DNA of 9,254 bases from a virus. Taxonomy: Duplodnaviria > Heunggongvirae > Uroviricota > Caudoviricetes. Position numbers and translations under genes: made by a program. A model generated the notes under the pieces. That model was not told the origin of the DNA. It saw only the letters and a list, made by a program, of their open reading frames with translations, and searched no databases. Location of the stretch: IMG/VR virus record IMGVR_UViG_2585427737_000005. One strand, written 5' to 3'. Within the stretch, counting starts at the first letter, position 1; every line of letters begins with the position of its first letter. Shown here piece after piece: positions 7,593-9,254 of this stretch.

Positions 7593-7755
7593 GACTCCTC
7601 CTTGCTGCCAGTCGCAACCATTTTTTATCAACCAGGCTGGCGGTATATCCGAGCAGTGTTGGTATTTCGGATGGCTTCAGCTCAGGTTTACGCTTACGAC
7701 GATTTGGTACTCTGTAGATGTGTCCGTTCATGACACGAATAAGCGGTGTAGCCAT
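7585..7755 (-). CDS. ninE: NinE-family protein
   Basis: 56-aa [59 protein letters not shown]. Its ATG overlaps the ybcN stop (TAATG). Confidence 0.85.
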   Translation of the reverse strand: MATPLIRVMNGHIYRVPNRRKRKPELKPSEIPTLLGYTASLVDKKWLRLAARRSHG

Positions 7756-8210
7756 TACGCCTCCTGCTTGTCGCGCAGCAGCTGGAACTCGCAGCTCTGT
7801 GGAATAGTCAGGTGGCAACCAATATTCATCGCCCAGGCTTCAACCTTACACAGGAAGACATACATCTCTCCGGTATCAAGATCGGAGGTATGGCGTAACG
7901 ACTGGATAGTGGTGATATCACCGGTTACGACATCAACCAGGTCTTTGGTTTCATAACCGAGATATGTGTGTTTGAGAGCATCTTTTACCCAAGCTGGAGT
8001 GGCGAACGTTTTACCCCTGCTGATGAGGTATTCACTGATTTCGCTGTACCACATGTGGCTGAGTGCATTCTGGGAAAGACTGCGTCTCTCGCACCACGGT
8101 TTAAGCACCATGCGAAAGCATTTGCCTTCCTCCAGATAAGGCTGGATCTGCTGGCCGATAGCGGTGAAGTTGCCGCGATGTAATTTGATGCCGTCTTGTG
8201 GGAGGTTCAC
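7755..8210 (-). CDS. ybcN: DUF1367-family protein YbcN (nin region)
   Basis: 151-aa ORF starting at GTG 8210 with GGAGGTG Shine-Dalgarno 7 nt upstream ([39 protein letters not shown]...). Confidence 0.85.
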   Translation of the reverse strand: MNLPQDGIKLHRGNFTAIGQQIQPYLEEGKCFRMVLKPWCERRSLSQNALSHMWYSEISEYLISRGKTFATPAWVKDALKHTYLGYETKDLVDVVTGDITTIQSLRHTSDLDTGEMYVFLCKVEAWAMNIGCHLTIPQSCEFQLLRDKQEA

Positions 8211-8308
8211 GCTTCACCTCCGCAGAGGTCAAACGCTAGATGCAAAGAATTGCAGGTGCATTTCTGCATCTGTGAAAGGAGAAGATAGTTTGGATTGTAT
8301 GTGCGCAT
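8207..8308 (-). CDS. ylcH: Small ORF upstream of ybcN (YlcH-like, 33 aa)
   Basis: [36 protein letters not shown] found by manual translation. Its stop overlaps the ybcN GTG (GTGA). GGGGA lies 5 nt upstream of the ATG. Below the ORF-track cut-off. Confidence 0.45.
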   Translation of the reverse strand: MRTYNPNYLLLSQMQKCTCNSLHLAFDLCGGEA

Positions 8309-8363
8309 AAACGTCCCCGTTTAGCGCAGAAGTCACCGGAGTTGTTCAGACTCCGATTACTTA

Positions 8364-8392
8364 ATTATGGCAAGTTGATTATCGCAAATCAA
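8364..8392 (-). promoter_or_regulatory. Candidate sigma70 promoter for the ylcH-ybcN-ninE-ybcO-rusA-ylcG-quuD operon
   Basis: Minus strand reads TTGATT, a 17-nt spacer, then CATAAT (-35 at 8392..8387, -10 at 8369..8364), about 50 nt upstream of the ylcH ATG. A CGGAGT/ACTCCG hairpin lies just downstream. Confidence 0.3.
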
Positions 8393-8473
8393 AGGTTTTA
8401 ATTGTGCTTTATTCTTTCAAGCGTTTCCTTCATACCAAAGCCTATAAAGTTTTTCTTCTTCGTTTGGGTTAAT

Positions 8474-9254
8474 GTAAGCGTCAACGGAGCACCGTATTGA
8501 CGCTTATTTATTGGTGAGTACTACGTTCCATGGCAGGAGTTCGTCAACACGGTTGGAGGGCCATTCCGGCAGTACGCTCAGAATATGGCGCAGATACGCT
8601 TCCGGATCGATACCGTTCAGTCGGCAGGTGCCGATCAGCCCGTACAGCAGTGCTCCACGCTCGCCGCCGTGATCGCTACCGAAGAACACGTAATTTTTCT
8701 TTCCGAGACAGACTGCACGAAGCGCTCTTTCCGCTGTGTTATTGTCCACCTCCGCCAGACCGTCATCACTGTAATAACAGAGGGCGTCCCACTGATTCAG
8801 TACATAGCTGAACGCTTCGCCCAGTCTGGATTTTTTCGACAGCGTGCCATTCTTCCCACCATCCATTCATGCAGCGACGTCAGTAACGCTTTGCTTCGCT
8901 GCTGCCTGGCTGCAAGACGCTCTGACTCTGGTAATCCCCGTATTTCATTCTCGATGGCGTACAGTTCACTGATTCGCTTCAGGGCTTCTTCTGCCGTCGC
9001 ACTTTTGCTGCTGATGTATACATCGTGGATTTTTCTCCGGGCATGAGCCCAGCACGCAACTTCTGTCAGCGCACTACCTTCACGTTCTGCACTGAACAGC
9101 CTGTCATAACCTGTGAACGCATCCGCCTGCAGGATACCCCGGAAGGGGCGGAGGTGTTGCTCCGGGTGTTTCCCCTGCCGGTTCGATGAGTACGCGAACC
9201 AGACCGCCGGAGGAGATGACGAACCCGCATTGCGATCATCCCGGACATACGTCC
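8474..9254 (-). mobile_element. Second IS66-family insertion sequence, partial; tnpC-side terminus in window, remainder beyond window end
   Basis: Plus strand at 8474 reads GTAAGCGTCAACGG... (5'-GTAA terminus) immediately followed by the tnpC 3' end. Its protein is related to but clearly different from element 1 TnpC, so this is a distinct family member. Confidence 0.8.
8504..9254 (-). pseudogene. tnpC: IS66-family transposase tnpC, frameshifted (apparent 1-nt deletion near 8860/8861); N-terminal part beyond window
   Basis: The frame entering from the window end ([34 protein letters not shown] ... LTSLHEWM) stops shortly after 8861. The C-terminal 120 aa (DGGKNGTLSKKSRLGEAFSYVLNQWDAL ... LPWNVVLTNK) continue in the -1 frame from 8866. 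Aligned to element 1 TnpC ([20 protein letters not shown] versus EW-I/M-GGKNGTLSKKSRLGEAF), one nucleotide is missing in TGGAT-GGTGGG. Confidence 0.75.

Noticed and set aside
6787-8183. Plus-strand ORFs 6787..7284, 7058..7255, 7340..7594, 7395..7733, 7399..7956, 7968..8183
   Set aside because: All are antisense to the tightly packed nin operon genes (ylcG, rusA, ybcO, ninE, ybcN), Arg/Cys/Ser-rich, with no ribosome-binding sites.
8828-8838. Programmed -1 ribosomal frameshift at the A run (A AAA AAT) in tnpC of element 2
   Set aside because: Homology with element 1 TnpC requires the frame change upstream of the A run, at TGGAT-GGTGGG (8860/8861). IS66 transposases are not known to use programmed frameshifting, so a simple indel or sequencing error fits better.
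8530-9248. Track ORFs 8530..8811(+), 8585..9046(+), 9066..9248(-)
   Set aside because: Alternative frames or the antisense strand of the IS66 tnpC pseudogene. The 9066..9248 frame is offset by one from the frame that matches transposase.
1-9254. Classic composite transposon formed by the two IS66 elements
   Set aside because: The two elements are clearly different family members with divergent tnpC and different terminal sequences, and one has a frameshifted transposase. Independent insertions or IS-mediated deletions are more parsimonious, though the possibility is kept as a finding.
1-9254. CRISPR arrays, tRNA/rRNA genes, defence-system or toxin-antitoxin genes
   Set aside because: No regularly spaced direct repeats, no tRNA-like cloverleaf candidates and no ORFs with nuclease/ATPase defence-system signatures were seen. 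All sizeable ORFs are accounted for by IS66 and lambdoid prophage functions.

Overview
This window reads as a fragment of a DLP12/qsr'-like lambdoid prophage from an Escherichia-type genome, bracketed by two different IS66-family insertion sequences in the same orientation. All calls rest on reading the sequence and recalling protein families; no database search was run. Element 1 (1..~2457) carries tnpA, tnpB and a tnpC that runs off the window start. Element 2 (~8474..9254) carries a tnpC with an apparent 1-nt deletion frameshift. The ~6 kb between them holds, on the minus strand, a nin-region operon (ylcH, ybcN, ninE, ybcO, rusA, ylcG, quuD antiterminator Q), then a phage-21-type lysis cassette (pinholin, SAR endolysin, Rz with embedded Rz1), then a Rha-family regulator whose 3' end lies inside the IS terminus. 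An intact nmpC/Lc-type porin gene sits on the plus strand between Q and the lysis genes, followed by a hairpin-dense 3' UTR that matches the described location of the IpeX RNA. I found no defence system, CRISPR array, tRNA or rRNA. The most interesting unexplained signals are the IS-bounded architecture, a candidate late promoter-leader-terminator module between nmpC and the holin, and several structured or repeat-bearing intergenic regions.
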